Shown in pieces: positions 52,618 to 64,000 of a stretch of DNA of 64,000 nt. Below the pieces are notes generated by a model that was not told the origin of the DNA, made no database searches, and was given only the letters and a program-made list of their open reading frames with translations. How positions within the stretch are numbered: position 1 is the stretch's first letter; every line of letters begins with the position of its first letter. Position numbers and translations under genes: made by a program. The stretch is from Octopus sinensis (Eukaryota): assembly GCF_006345805.1 (NCBI RefSeq), contig NC_042997.1, positions 101,432,001 through 101,496,000 on the forward strand. Reading direction: 5' to 3'.

Positions 52618-53209
52618 TAAAAATATAGAATTTAGTTAAGTTCAAAGGATTCATTTGTATAATTATTCTATTAACCAAAATCACAAAGAGGATAAGTAGA
52701 TAGACAAAGAACATGCTTCATCAACAATGTCATAGTTGTAACTGATATTTTTTCTCAGGAAGACACAGATACTGCATTACCTCTGGATATCTTTGTTGCT
52801 TATTTTGATTGTAATCACCCCATTTCGAATTATATGGATAATACCATACTAAATTCTGGTGCCTTTAACTTAAGTACCATATTCAACTGAATCTAAATTT
52901 TACTGAACTTATATATATATATATATGAAAGGATGCTGAAAAATTCCTGGATTTAAGGGTATTGCGAAATGCCTGGCTGGAGGCCTAACCTTCTTAGTTT
53001 TTTTAGAAATAGTTCTTTCAGAAATAGTGAAGGATCACTGCAATAAGTGTTTGAATTTGAGAGGGAAATATGTTGAATAAAATCATAATTAAAGGCGGTG
53101 CTCCAGCATAGCCACAGTCAAATGACTGAAACAAGTAAAAGAGTAACTGATCTTCCTGTATTTTCTATTACAAAAAGCCAGGAACTTTTCAGTACCCTCT
53201 CGTATATAG

Positions 53210-53240
<31 letters not shown>

Positions 53241-53241
53241 A

Positions 53242-53274
<33 letters not shown>

Positions 53275-53299
53275 ACGCCAAAAAAATCTCGGTGAGACC

Positions 53300-53826
53300 T
53301 TAAATTTTTTGGTGTTAGGAAGGGCATCCAACCGTAGAAACATTGCCAGATCAGACTGGGCCTGGTGCAGCCTTCTGGCTTCCGAGACCCCAGTTGAACC
53401 GTCCAACCCATGCTAGCATGGAAAATGGACGCTAAACAATGATGATGATGATGATGATGATGATACATTGTGGTACTCCATCGGTTACGACGACAAGGGT
53501 TTCAGTTGATCTGATCAATGGAACAGCCTGCTCGTGAAGTCAACGTGCAAGTGGTTGAGCACTCCACAGATACATGTACCCTTAATGCAGTACTCGGGAA
53601 GATTCAGCATGACATAGAGTGTGACAAGGCTGGCCCTTTGAAATACAGGTACAGCAGAAACAGGAAGAATGAGTGAGAGAAAGCTGTGGTGAAAGAATAT
53701 AGTAGGGTTCACCACCATCCCCTGCTGGAGCCACATGGAGATTTAGATATTTTCACTCAATAAACACTCATAATGCCCGGTCTAGGAATCAAAACTGCGA
53801 TCCTATGACCGTGAGTCTGCTTCTCT
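53300..53826. mobile_element. SINE family D (+, 53300-53465) joined tail-to-tail to a tRNA-headed family C-type SINE (-, 53468-53826)
   Basis: (GAT)n tail of family D; reverse-complement tRNA-like head at the right end. Confidence 0.8.
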
Positions 53827-53881
53827 AACAATTGGGCCATTGCCCCTCAAACACACACACACACACATATACATACATACA

Positions 53882-53913
<32 letters not shown>

Positions 53914-53917
<4 letters not shown>

Positions 53918-54206
53918 TATTGTATAAAAGATAGTGGGTAAGGCCAAAACAATGCGAAATAAATGCAAGTAAATAACAAGTAAACAAATATGTGAATTAA
54001 TGTAGACTTACCTTGTATTCAATATTTCAGGGTTATGACACATGCACATCAGCAACAGTTGTCAATTTCTTGAAAATGGGGTCATAACCCCAAAATATTG
54101 AATACAAGGTAAGTCTACATTAATTCATATATTTGTTTTCTTGTGATTTACCTTACATTTACTTCACATTGTTTTGGCCTTACCCACTATCTTTTATACA
54201 ATATAT
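53914..54206. repeat. Inverted repeat, ~125-bp arms, 41-bp spacer containing a decayed HHR core
   Basis: tattgtataaaagatagtgggtaaggcc..gggttatgac versus gtcataaccc..ggccttacccactatcttttatacaata. Confidence 0.88.
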
Positions 54207-54248
54207 TCTACACAATGCTTCACAGTAATTATTCCATTATTATATATA

Positions 54249-54289
<41 letters not shown>

Positions 54290-54685
54290 TGTGGTGTGTG
54301 CATGTGTGTGTGCATGTGTGTGTGCATATGTGTGTGTGTGTGTGTGTGTAGCAATGTAGCTATCTTTGATTCACTCTATATATACATATACAAATATATA
54401 TATTAGCTATCTATTTATATATACATACTTACATATATGTGTGTGTGTGTGTACATAGATAAAGAACATATATGTATATGTGTCTATGTGTGTACATGTG
54501 TCAAAATGTGCAACACAAATGGTGTCTTTTGCTGCCAATTTTCCCTGAAAAGATGTCCAACCATAGGCAAGTATTACTTTGCTGAGAAGCCAATGAAGGT
54601 TGGCAATAAGAAAGCCATTGGGCTTTAAGGAATCCATGACAATGAATTCCATCCAACCATGCTAGCATGGAGAAGTAGACATTAA

Positions 54686-54903
54686 CCCTTTTGTTACTGT
54701 ATTTATTTTGAGATGCTCTGTGCTTCTTTCAATTACTTTAAATATAACAAAGAATTTAGTAAAATAACTTAGTTATCATTCAGCTAGTGTTAGGAACATA
54801 AATTGTGACAAAGGTTTGGTGGAAGATTTTAGTTCAAAACTTGAAAACAAGACATTTGTACTCAGAGCCAGATCCGGTTTCAGCTGGGTTGGTAACGAAA
54901 GGG
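54686..54903. mobile_element. piggyBac-type non-autonomous element (MITE)
   Basis: TTAA on both sides. Termini cccttttgttac / gtaacgaaaggg (11/12 inverted). Confidence 0.85.
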
Positions 54904-54924
54904 TTAAAATATATGTATATGCAT

Positions 54925-55145
54925 AAGGCGGCAAGCTGGCAGAATCATTAGCACACCAGGCAAAATGCTTAATGGCATTTTGTCTGCTGTTATGTTAAGA
55001 ATTCAAATTCCACCGAGATCAACTTTGCCTTTCATCCTTTTGGGGTCGATTAAATAAGTACCAGTTACACACTGAGGTCGATGTAATCAACTTATTCCCT
55101 TTGTCCGTAATGTTGGACCCCTCTATGTTTAGCCCCCTGTAGGCA
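54925..55145 (+). mobile_element. SINE family A
   Basis: ggcggcaagctggcagaatcattagc head with the family A core. Confidence 0.85.
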
Positions 55146-55164
55146 GTTTGTGTGTGTGTGTGTG

Positions 55165-55218
<54 letters not shown>

Positions 55219-55288
55219 ATACAAATACATACATATATATATATATAGATTTAAATATCTGTATTCACACAATTACATACACACACAC

Positions 55289-55338
<50 letters not shown>

Positions 55339-55679
55339 AAACATATATACTAGCATAAATATATATTATATACATACACATATATCCCAACACAGCCAGT
55401 TAGACACATAATGTCTGTAATGACACTACCTAAATATGCCATCTGTATTTTCCTTTTCTCATTTTTTTTGTCAAGAAGTTTCATATGAGTGTGTATTCAA
55501 TGTGGTTGTCTGATATTCAATGAAACCTGTCCCTCTACATACAATTTGTTGTACTTTATGGTATTGTAATATCTTTTCATACATTACAAGAATGCCTGAC
55601 TTGATGATCCATGCCAGTTGGTTTGTGTTTGTGTACGTATGTATACGTTTGCATGTGTGTGCTTGCATGCATGAGGGCA

Positions 55680-55711
<32 letters not shown>

Positions 55712-55716
<5 letters not shown>

Positions 55717-55995
55717 CTAAGCAATAAAGGGTTTAGCAACGAATTGCCTTACCACATACCGAATTTAGAAATAGCAGTCAAAGAGTTATAGCTATTTCTT
55801 CTACTAGAAGAAATAGCTATAACTCTTTGACTGCTATTTCTAAATTCGGTATGTGGTAAGGCAATTCGTTGCTAAACCCTTATTGCTTAGTATTACTTAA
55901 ATTTTCCTCGAATGAGGCTTTTACATGCCGAAATCTACTGGTGTAATTGATAATTATTCCAAATTAATTAATTTCACCCTTCATTATTACGGATA
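55712..55995. repeat. Partial third copy of the 594-bp unit, folded into a palindrome (arms 55712-55803 and 55805-55895)
   Basis: Right arm and its continuation match ~17608-17790. Axis at c55804; one 1-nt indel between arms; (AT)n on both sides. Confidence 0.92.
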
Positions 55996-56050
55996 TATAT
56001 ATATATATATATATACATGCCTTCATGCATGCAAGCACACACACGCAAAC

Positions 56051-56087
<37 letters not shown>

Positions 56088-56088
<1 letters not shown>

Positions 56089-56446
56089 TTTCTTCTTTTA
56101 TTCTTTTATTTGTTTCAGTCTTTTGACTCCAGGACTTATTCTTTGTCAGCCTAGTACTTATTCTATTGGTCTCTTTTTGCCGAACTGCTAAGTTACTGGA
56201 ACGTAAACACACCAACATCGGTTATCAAGTGATGGTGGGGAGAGCAACACAGACACGCACACACACACATGCAACTTGCTTCTTTCAGTTTCCATCTACC
56301 AAATCCACTCACAAGGCTTTGGTCAGCCTGAGGGTTTAGTAGAAGACACTTGCCCAAGGTACCACGCAGTGGGACTGAACCCCAGAGGCATGTGGTTGAT
56401 AAGCAAGCTACTTATCACACAGCTACTCTTACACCTACTATATATA

Positions 56447-56487
<41 letters not shown>

Positions 56488-56853
56488 GCAGGCATGGCTG
56501 CATGCTAAGAAGCTTGCTTCCCAACCACATGGTTCCAGGTTCAGTCCCACAGCGTGATACCTGGGATAAGTGTCATCTACTGTAGTCTTTTGAGTGGATT
56601 TAGTAGACGCCCATTATATATATGTATATATATTTATGTGTGTGTCTTTGTGTCTGTGTTTGTCCCCTGCTATCGCTTGACAACACATGTTGGTGTGTTT
56701 ACGTCCCAGTAACATAGCGGTTTGGCAGAAGAAACCAATAGAATAAGTACCAGGCTTACAAGGAATAAATCCAGAGGTTGATTTTCTTCAACTGAAATAT
56801 GGTACTCTAGCATGGCCCCAGTCAAATGACTGAAACAATTAAAATAAAAGAAT
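56088..56853. mobile_element. Head-to-head pair of SINE family B copies separated by (AT)n
   Basis: Minus copy ~56088-56437 and plus copy ~56483-56853. Confidence 0.85.
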
Positions 56854-57019
56854 ATATATGTGTGTGTGTATGTATGTATAAATGTATATGTATGTATTTA
56901 TGTATATATTTATATAGACGCACACACTCATATGTGTAAATATATATACACATATACGTAGGCGTCAATTTACTTATACTATGTATTTTTTAATGTATGT
57001 ATGTATCTATCTATCTATC

Positions 57020-57078
<59 letters not shown>

Positions 57079-57157
57079 TTAGGTGGCTAAATGTGTGTAT
57101 GTGTGCATGTGTATGTATATATACATATATATATATATATTCATTTTATATTCATAC

Positions 57158-57189
<32 letters not shown>

Positions 57190-57534
57190 CTCTGTGTGTA
57201 CGTGTGTGAAAGGGGAGCGTGAATACGAAAGTCTCATCCCTACCCATGTGCAATAGTCGAGCCCTGACTGGGATGGCTAAACCTGAGGAACATGTGTAGC
57301 ATAGAAATGATAATAGGAAGTGAGGTAAGTATCGTCGGAAAGAAGTTATATCAGAATACGTAATGTCGAATCGTTAGTTTCGATTTCCACATAGATCTAC
57401 TTTTTTCTTTTTCTTTTTTTTTATTCTTGCAAGTATTTTCAAGAAATATCTGAGCATCGCTTCTTTATCTTAAACATACTGCTACAAACAATTCTTTTTT
57501 TCTTTTTTTTCTCCATCTTTCCTTTTTTTTTTTT

Positions 57535-57750
57535 GTGGTGAAATATATTATTCCTTTTTATTGTGTCTGGGGAGAGTAATTCTGGTTTAATGCCTTATTA
57601 ATTAACACACTCACCGAATCAATTTCCACTTATTTTCTTCTTTTTTTTTTTCCTAAACTTTTCGTTGCTTCTTGCAACCTTATTGAAGAAGTTGCAAGAA
57701 GCAACGAAAATTTTAGAAAAAAAAGATACAATAAAATATGCTTCAACACA
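57535..57750. repeat. Fold-back repeat with its axis at a decayed HHR core
   Basis: Inner arms 57653-78 / 57691-716 match 25/26. TTGAAGA 57683-89, gttgc-aagaa-gcaac hairpin, GAAA 57706-09. Confidence 0.7.
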
Positions 57751-59441
57751 CGAATTCACATAATGAATCCTGCAAACCAAATACAAAAACGAAATATTAT
57801 TCCCTATTTATGTTGAAAAAATGAAAGTATTGATGAGATTGTGTGACTTTTATGCCTCTCCGAAGAGCATTTAACCACATAAAGAATTGAAATAGTTTAA
57901 ACTTAGAATCGAAACCAGGTCGTGAACTAGACTTCCTGAGAACATTACGTCTGCTAATAGAATTATCAACAATTTTCCATTGAGTTTACACATTCCGTTT
58001 TTAAAAGTATAACTTTATTTCAATACGCATCGCATAGTCATATAAATCGCCAACACCACATTCTTCTACGACTAGACGATTACGCACTAAACAAATTCTG
58101 AAATAAAGAAAACAAACACACAGACACGGAGTAACATTATATCACTCCACTTACATAAACAGAAAAATAACGAGATACTCCCACCCGTGTAATAGTTGCA
58201 TATATTTCAGTCCTATCAACATAAACGATCTCGCCAACACAGAGCTATAGCATCTCGTAACTCCGCCCATTTGTTCGAGACTAAAAATGAAAATGTTTTA
58301 TCGCTTAATGTCTTCCATACTTCAACACGTCAATCGACAGTATAGCTTGTATTAACAATTTATTTCATTATGTGGTAATGTCGAAAATCTTGCTTGGTGT
58401 CGACCGTAAAACAGCTGTAAGTTTTTGTTGATTATATTGTTTCTCCTCCTTTTTATCATTATTTTCTTTTATATTTATTTACCTTTAATGTCGATAGTAC
58501 ATATATATTCGATTCGACCACTTTCTATCATCTCTTTTACTTCACAATTCTATCACAACTGTTAATTGGACCCACAGCAACATTAACAAGCATCGCACCC
58601 ATACAACACATTTTATTTACAACTTAGTTGACTTTTCTCAAGGTAATAATTGTACCCGGTATATCCTGTCGTAGTGTTGTCATCGTATTGTTATAATTAC
58701 TCTAGGGGGGAAAAATGAGAATTAGTTAGAAAAGAATATTAACTGTTTTCATATTTATGATTTCAATATTGTTTTCATTTCCAATCCGAGATCTTTTAAT
58801 ACAATATTATTGTCAAATATATATTCTGAAAAAGCACAACAAGCACTGATTTGACTGGTTAAACTATCTATATTTACGTATTCCTGCACACATCTTTATG
58901 ATTTGTTGCGTCGGCGCGCATATTAGTAAATATATATTCATGTCTATGAAATTGACGATGGCAATAGGGTCGAAAGGATCGCATAATCGGTTCAGGATAT
59001 ATATTCGTAGGACGAAATAAATTCGTAGCTAAAACTTGCAATACTAATTAAAACAAGAATCGTCACTTCGGGAAAATTTGGCAACTATGTTTTCTTATGA
59101 GCTATATACATAAACAAACATACGTATAAACAGACATAATGTGTGTGTGTGTGCGTGTGCGTCAATGTCTGTCTACGAGTGTTTTGGTGTTCATATGTGA
59201 TCATGTGTGCATTCCTGCGTATATATATATGTTTGTGCGTGTATGTAAGTATACATGTGAATATGTGAGTATATATGCGATCCCGCAGGATCTACTGCCA
59301 TTATGAAGCGTATGGTGGGATATAAAAAAGATAATTACTGACACATATACATACATACACACAAAAACACATATATATGCATGTGTATATACACAGATTT
59401 ATAAATACATACCTACAGACACGTGTATCTATCAATCAAGT

Positions 59442-59472
<31 letters not shown>

Positions 59473-59997
59473 CTAGTTATCTATTTATTTATTTATCTAT
59501 CTAGCTATCTATTTAACTACCTATCTATCTACTTATCTTGCCATCTACATATATAAATATACAGTGAGAGAGAGAAAGAGAGAAACCAAAATATAGAAGG
59601 CATGTATATATCAATAATCGCTCTCTCACACTTTCTCTATTTATCTGTCTGCCTATCTCTTCTCCCTTTCTCTCTTTCTCTCTCTCTCTCTATATATATA
59701 TATTTATGTGTGTGTGTGTATGTATATATATATATATGTATACATATATATAAGGAGAATGGAGGGTTTGAACACAGAAAAATCTATTTATATATATATA
59801 TACATATATAATATACACACATGTATATACATATATATATTATTATGTATTTATTTGTGTATGTATGTATATATATATATATACATATATATTATATATA
59901 TATAATACATATATAATATATATATACACACATATACATATATAATATACACACATGTATATACATATATATATTGTTATGTATTTATTTGTGTATG

Positions 59998-60028
<31 letters not shown>

Positions 60029-60049
60029 TTATTTGTGTATGTATATATA

Positions 60050-60227
60050 TCATCATCATCATCGTTTAGCGTCCGTTTTCCATGCTAGCATGGGTTGGAC
60101 GGTTCAACTGGGGTCTGTGAAGCCAGAAGGCTTCATCAGGCCCAGTCAGATCTGGCAGTGTTTCTACGGCTGGATGCCCTTCCTAACGCCAACCACTCCG
60201 TGAGTGTAGTGGGTGCTTTTTACGTGC
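60050..60227 (-). mobile_element. SINE family D
   Basis: (CAT)n then cgtttagcgtccgttttccatgctagc..ggatgcccttcctaacgcc, the reverse complement of 53300. Confidence 0.85.
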
Positions 60228-60245
60228 CATATATATTTATTTGTG

Positions 60246-60318
<73 letters not shown>

Positions 60319-60331
60319 TTATTTGTGTATG

Positions 60332-60409
<78 letters not shown>

Positions 60410-60452
60410 TTGTAGTAATGAAGTCAAACCAAATAGTGATATTTTGAAATTA

Positions 60453-60528
60453 TTTAGTACATACATTTCAGGTCTATGTAATATATAATAGGAAATGCAT
60501 CCATTACGTAAGACCTTCCTCAGTTAAA
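60453..60528 (-). ncRNA. Decayed type I HHR inside an inverted repeat (60404-60578)
   Basis: Minus strand: CTGAGGA-aggtct..agacct-GAAA-tgtat-GTA. Stem III reads as ACGTACGT after two CpG-to-TpG changes. Confidence 0.6.
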
Positions 60529-60828
60529 ACATTTCAAAATATGGAACTGTTGGTTTGACTTCATTGTTACAACTTATAGGACTCAATGCCAATACAAACT
60601 AGCCAGTCTAGACTCCACTTATGCAGACAATCTAACAATAATTTGGAATAGTTTGTTACGTTTGACTGAACTCGAATATTCTGGTGCCATGCACTACTTC
60701 TTAGTATAACATAAAAACATATATTCAGTTATATATATTTGTAAATAATAAGGAATTACTTCAAACATTTACCGGTTTGCTCCCAGTTAGGTATTTAAAA
60801 TAGGTTATTCATCAGTTAATATATAGCT

Positions 60829-61009
60829 ATAGGCTGTGTGGTAAGAAGGCACAGGCGTGGCTGTGTGGTAAGAAGCTATCTTCCCAACCACGTGGTTCCA
60901 GGTACAGTCTCACTGTGTGGCACCTTGGGAAAGTATATTCTACTATAGCCTCAGGTTGACCAATGCCTTGTGAGTGGATGTTGCTGACGGAAACTGAAAG
61001 AAGTCTCTC

Positions 61010-61056
<47 letters not shown>

Positions 61057-61305
61057 TATATTTATTTATTTATTTATGTATGTGTGTGTGTCTTTGATTT
61101 TGTCGCTCTGCCATCATTTGACAACCAATGCTGGTGTGTTTATATCTCTGTAACTTAGCGGTTTAGCAAAAGAAACTGATAGAATAAGTACTAGGCTTGC
61201 ATAGAATAAAACCTGGGGTCAATTTGTTTGACTAAAACCGTTAAGGTGGTGCTCCAGCATGGCCACCGTCAAATGACTGAAACAAGTAAAAGAATAAAAG
61301 AATGC
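60829..61305 (+). mobile_element. SINE family B, full length
   Basis: Same head, internal microsatellite and gactgaaacaagtaaaaga tail as 28398. Confidence 0.88.
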
Positions 61306-62488
61306 GTATGTATATGTGTATATATATATATGAAGAGTATAGGAATAAATTATCCAGGCTGGTACTGTAATAGCTATGAGGTATAGTCCGGGTTACTGCT
61401 AACCACATCATGTAGAAAAAAGCACCAAGTATCACTTAAGTTGAGCAATCCCACAGTAATTCTTCAGATGGGTAAATCCAGGTTCACTTCACTGGATTAC
61501 GAATATTTTTGAAAGTGTAATTTCAAAGCAATTATAAAGAATACGGACTTGGTACATCCTCAAATTTTCCTGTTTATGTAACAGTTAATTATACAGTGTA
61601 ATTAACTGTTAAATTAAAAGAAATAATTGCACACATCTATAAATGTATTATGTATGTGTATGTGGGAGGGGTATGTTTGCGTTTACCCTTGTCTGAACAT
61701 TGTGAACGAGCAATGATGTTTATTTCTAATCTCCTGTGAAAAAATACATCTGAAGAGGGAAAAAATACAACCTTGGTTGTAAACAGGCAAGGGTTGGGAA
61801 AAGTGAGAGCATCCACTTGCAGAAATATATATACATATATCTGTACTAGACCACAACTATGTTGCCTGAGATACACCAATACCTTATGTATATATATCTT
61901 TGAAAAAATATATATGTATGTGTATACATAGATATACATGTAAATATATGTGTGTGTGTGTGTGTGTGCATATGTATATTTATATATATATGTATAAATA
62001 TGTGTATAAATATAAGTATACATATGTGTGTGTTTGTGTAACGGTTATAAGCACAAGATGCAGTTTATTTTTTTTTTGTTCCCTACAAACATTTCGCCAT
62101 TGTGTTCATTTGCATCTTCTGCGGTGGATGCTCCAAGTACATTTGAGTACTGTTGTGCATAATATTGTGTTCCTCTGATGAATTGTTGTGCTTCAGTATC
62201 CAATTGTGCTTGGAGCATCCACTACAGTGGTGAAATTTGTGTGAGGGAGAAATGATATAAACTGCTCTTGTGTTTATCATAATTTTCCCTATATTTGCTC
62301 TGTATATCATAACCAATAATAAAGATAAAGAGAGTAGCAACCACAACACTTATGTGGAAATAGACTGGATGGTGTTACTCTAAGCAGAGCTATAAATTTA
62401 CCAGTAGCAGTCATACATCTAACTATACAACTATACACAAGATACTCTATATATGTGTCTGTGTAAGTTTACATACATACATACATAT

Positions 62489-62532
<44 letters not shown>

Positions 62533-62568
62533 CACCATCGTTTAATGTCCACTGTCCATGCTGGTATG

Positions 62569-62603
<35 letters not shown>

Positions 62604-62864
62604 TTTCCTTTATTTGTTGGTTAAGAAGGCTACCAGTGGTTTCATGCCAAGAATTCTCAGCAATTATCAAGCCTGCCACAGAGTATGTTGGTACTCATTT
62701 CCATCTTATTAGCCAACAAATAATAAGTATTTATCCACCAATGTGGTGTAGATCATGCTTTCTCATTGTTTGATATTAATGTATATTATTACATCTATAT
62801 ATACACACTGTTGCATGTGTGCACACACACACACATATACATGTTTATATCTATATTTCATGTA

Positions 62865-63030
62865 GGGCAGGTAGAACTATAAGCTTTACAAGTTTACTTT
62901 CCAATCACATGGTTTTGTGTTCAGTCTCAGTGTGTGGCACTTTGGTCAGATGTCTTCTACTGTCACTCTGAGTTGACTGAGTATTGTGAGTGAATTTGGT
63001 AAACAATATACAGAAAGCTCATCCTATATT
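62865..63030 (+). mobile_element. SINE family B 5' half, highly diverged
   Basis: ccaatcacatggtt..ttcagtctc..tgtggcactttggtcagatgtcttctact. Confidence 0.6.
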
Positions 63031-64000
63031 TATATGTGTGTGTGTATGTGTAAATATTTTCCCCTGTATATGTGGGTGTATATATATACTGATATGTGCT
63101 TATATCTGATTTAGCTACAGTTACATGCCAATTTGACTGTAGCTATATACACTCAGATATATTTATATATGTCTGTCTGTAGCTCAGAGCTACAAGAACA
63201 TGGGAATATATAAACATACAAGAAACCACCTGTGTCAAGTTCACGTGCGCGTGTGTGCGTGTGAGACTGTCAAAGCAATGGGAGACAGCTTAACACTAGC
63301 ACATCATGATGCTATATCCACTCATATAAAATAATGGCTTCATTCTGATTGAATAAGATATACCGAAGGTTACATGCTGGAATGGGATAATTTATAAACA
63401 ATACTAGTTACTGTGAAACTATTAATCTATTCACGAACAGTTAACCACCATGTATTTCTTCTAAAAGTATTCCATGTCCTAAATTCTATTGAGTGTTTAG
63501 ATACTTAGATGTCCATGTGTGTATATTATATTATATATAATATGTATTTACAGATGTATATACATATATACACTGTATATTTCATATATATATAGATATA
63601 TATATGTAGGATAAATTGATAGATATAGATATATGAGATATGAATGAGAAAATATGCATATTTACGTATTAAAGAGAGAAAGTAAACAAGAACTGAAGAA
63701 AGAAACAGATGTTTCTGTAACTAACACTTACTTTCCTATTGTATTTATTTGTTCATTCATTCATTTAATATCTCCTTTGCCAGTTTGCATAAATTTTGAC
63801 AGAGAGTTCTTAGAGGCAGGATTCTACAGCCAAATGCTCTTCCTGTGAGCAACTCCTACTTGTTTTTCATGTTGGGGATATCTGTATTACAGAGGGCTTC
63901 AAAAACACGGAGTGACTTGTCATAGTGTCAACAAAACAATGTCAACATTGGCACCACATCATTCAGGTGGAGTGTAAACATACATGTATATCAACACACA

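Noticed and set aside
57315-57335. Consensus splice donor gag|gtaagt
   Set aside because: No supporting acceptor or coding exon was found; such 9-mers occur by chance.
57850-58425. HHR half-motifs (ccgaaga..gaaaccaggtc; aaaacagctgtaag)
   Set aside because: Cores are mutated or absent and stem I is not supported.

Overview
64 kb of AT-rich, microsatellite-dense eukaryotic DNA with no confidently identifiable intact host gene. By inference from the SINE families and repeat texture it is an Octopus-like cephalopod genome. It is mostly layered mobile DNA: about ten fragments of R4/Dong-type RLE LINEs, most of them abutting (TAA)n arrays; three decayed Penelope-like elements (PLEs); an internally deleted GC-rich RTE/BovB-like LINE; CR1 and RTE 3' remnants; Tc1, mariner, hAT-Buster and piggyBac-type DNA elements; a Helentron-like non-autonomous element; a solo LTR; and many tRNA-headed SINEs. 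The strongest signal not explained by the ORF track is a set of type I hammerhead ribozyme (HHR) motifs. These include a 594-bp tandem unit with an apparently intact, dimer-type HHR (retrozyme/pLTR-like, 17306-18292) and a recurring fold-back architecture: (AT)n, an inverted arm, an axis at or near an HHR core, then a direct arm. All structures were read by eye; nothing was folded, aligned or searched computationally, and boundaries given as approximate may be off by some bases.
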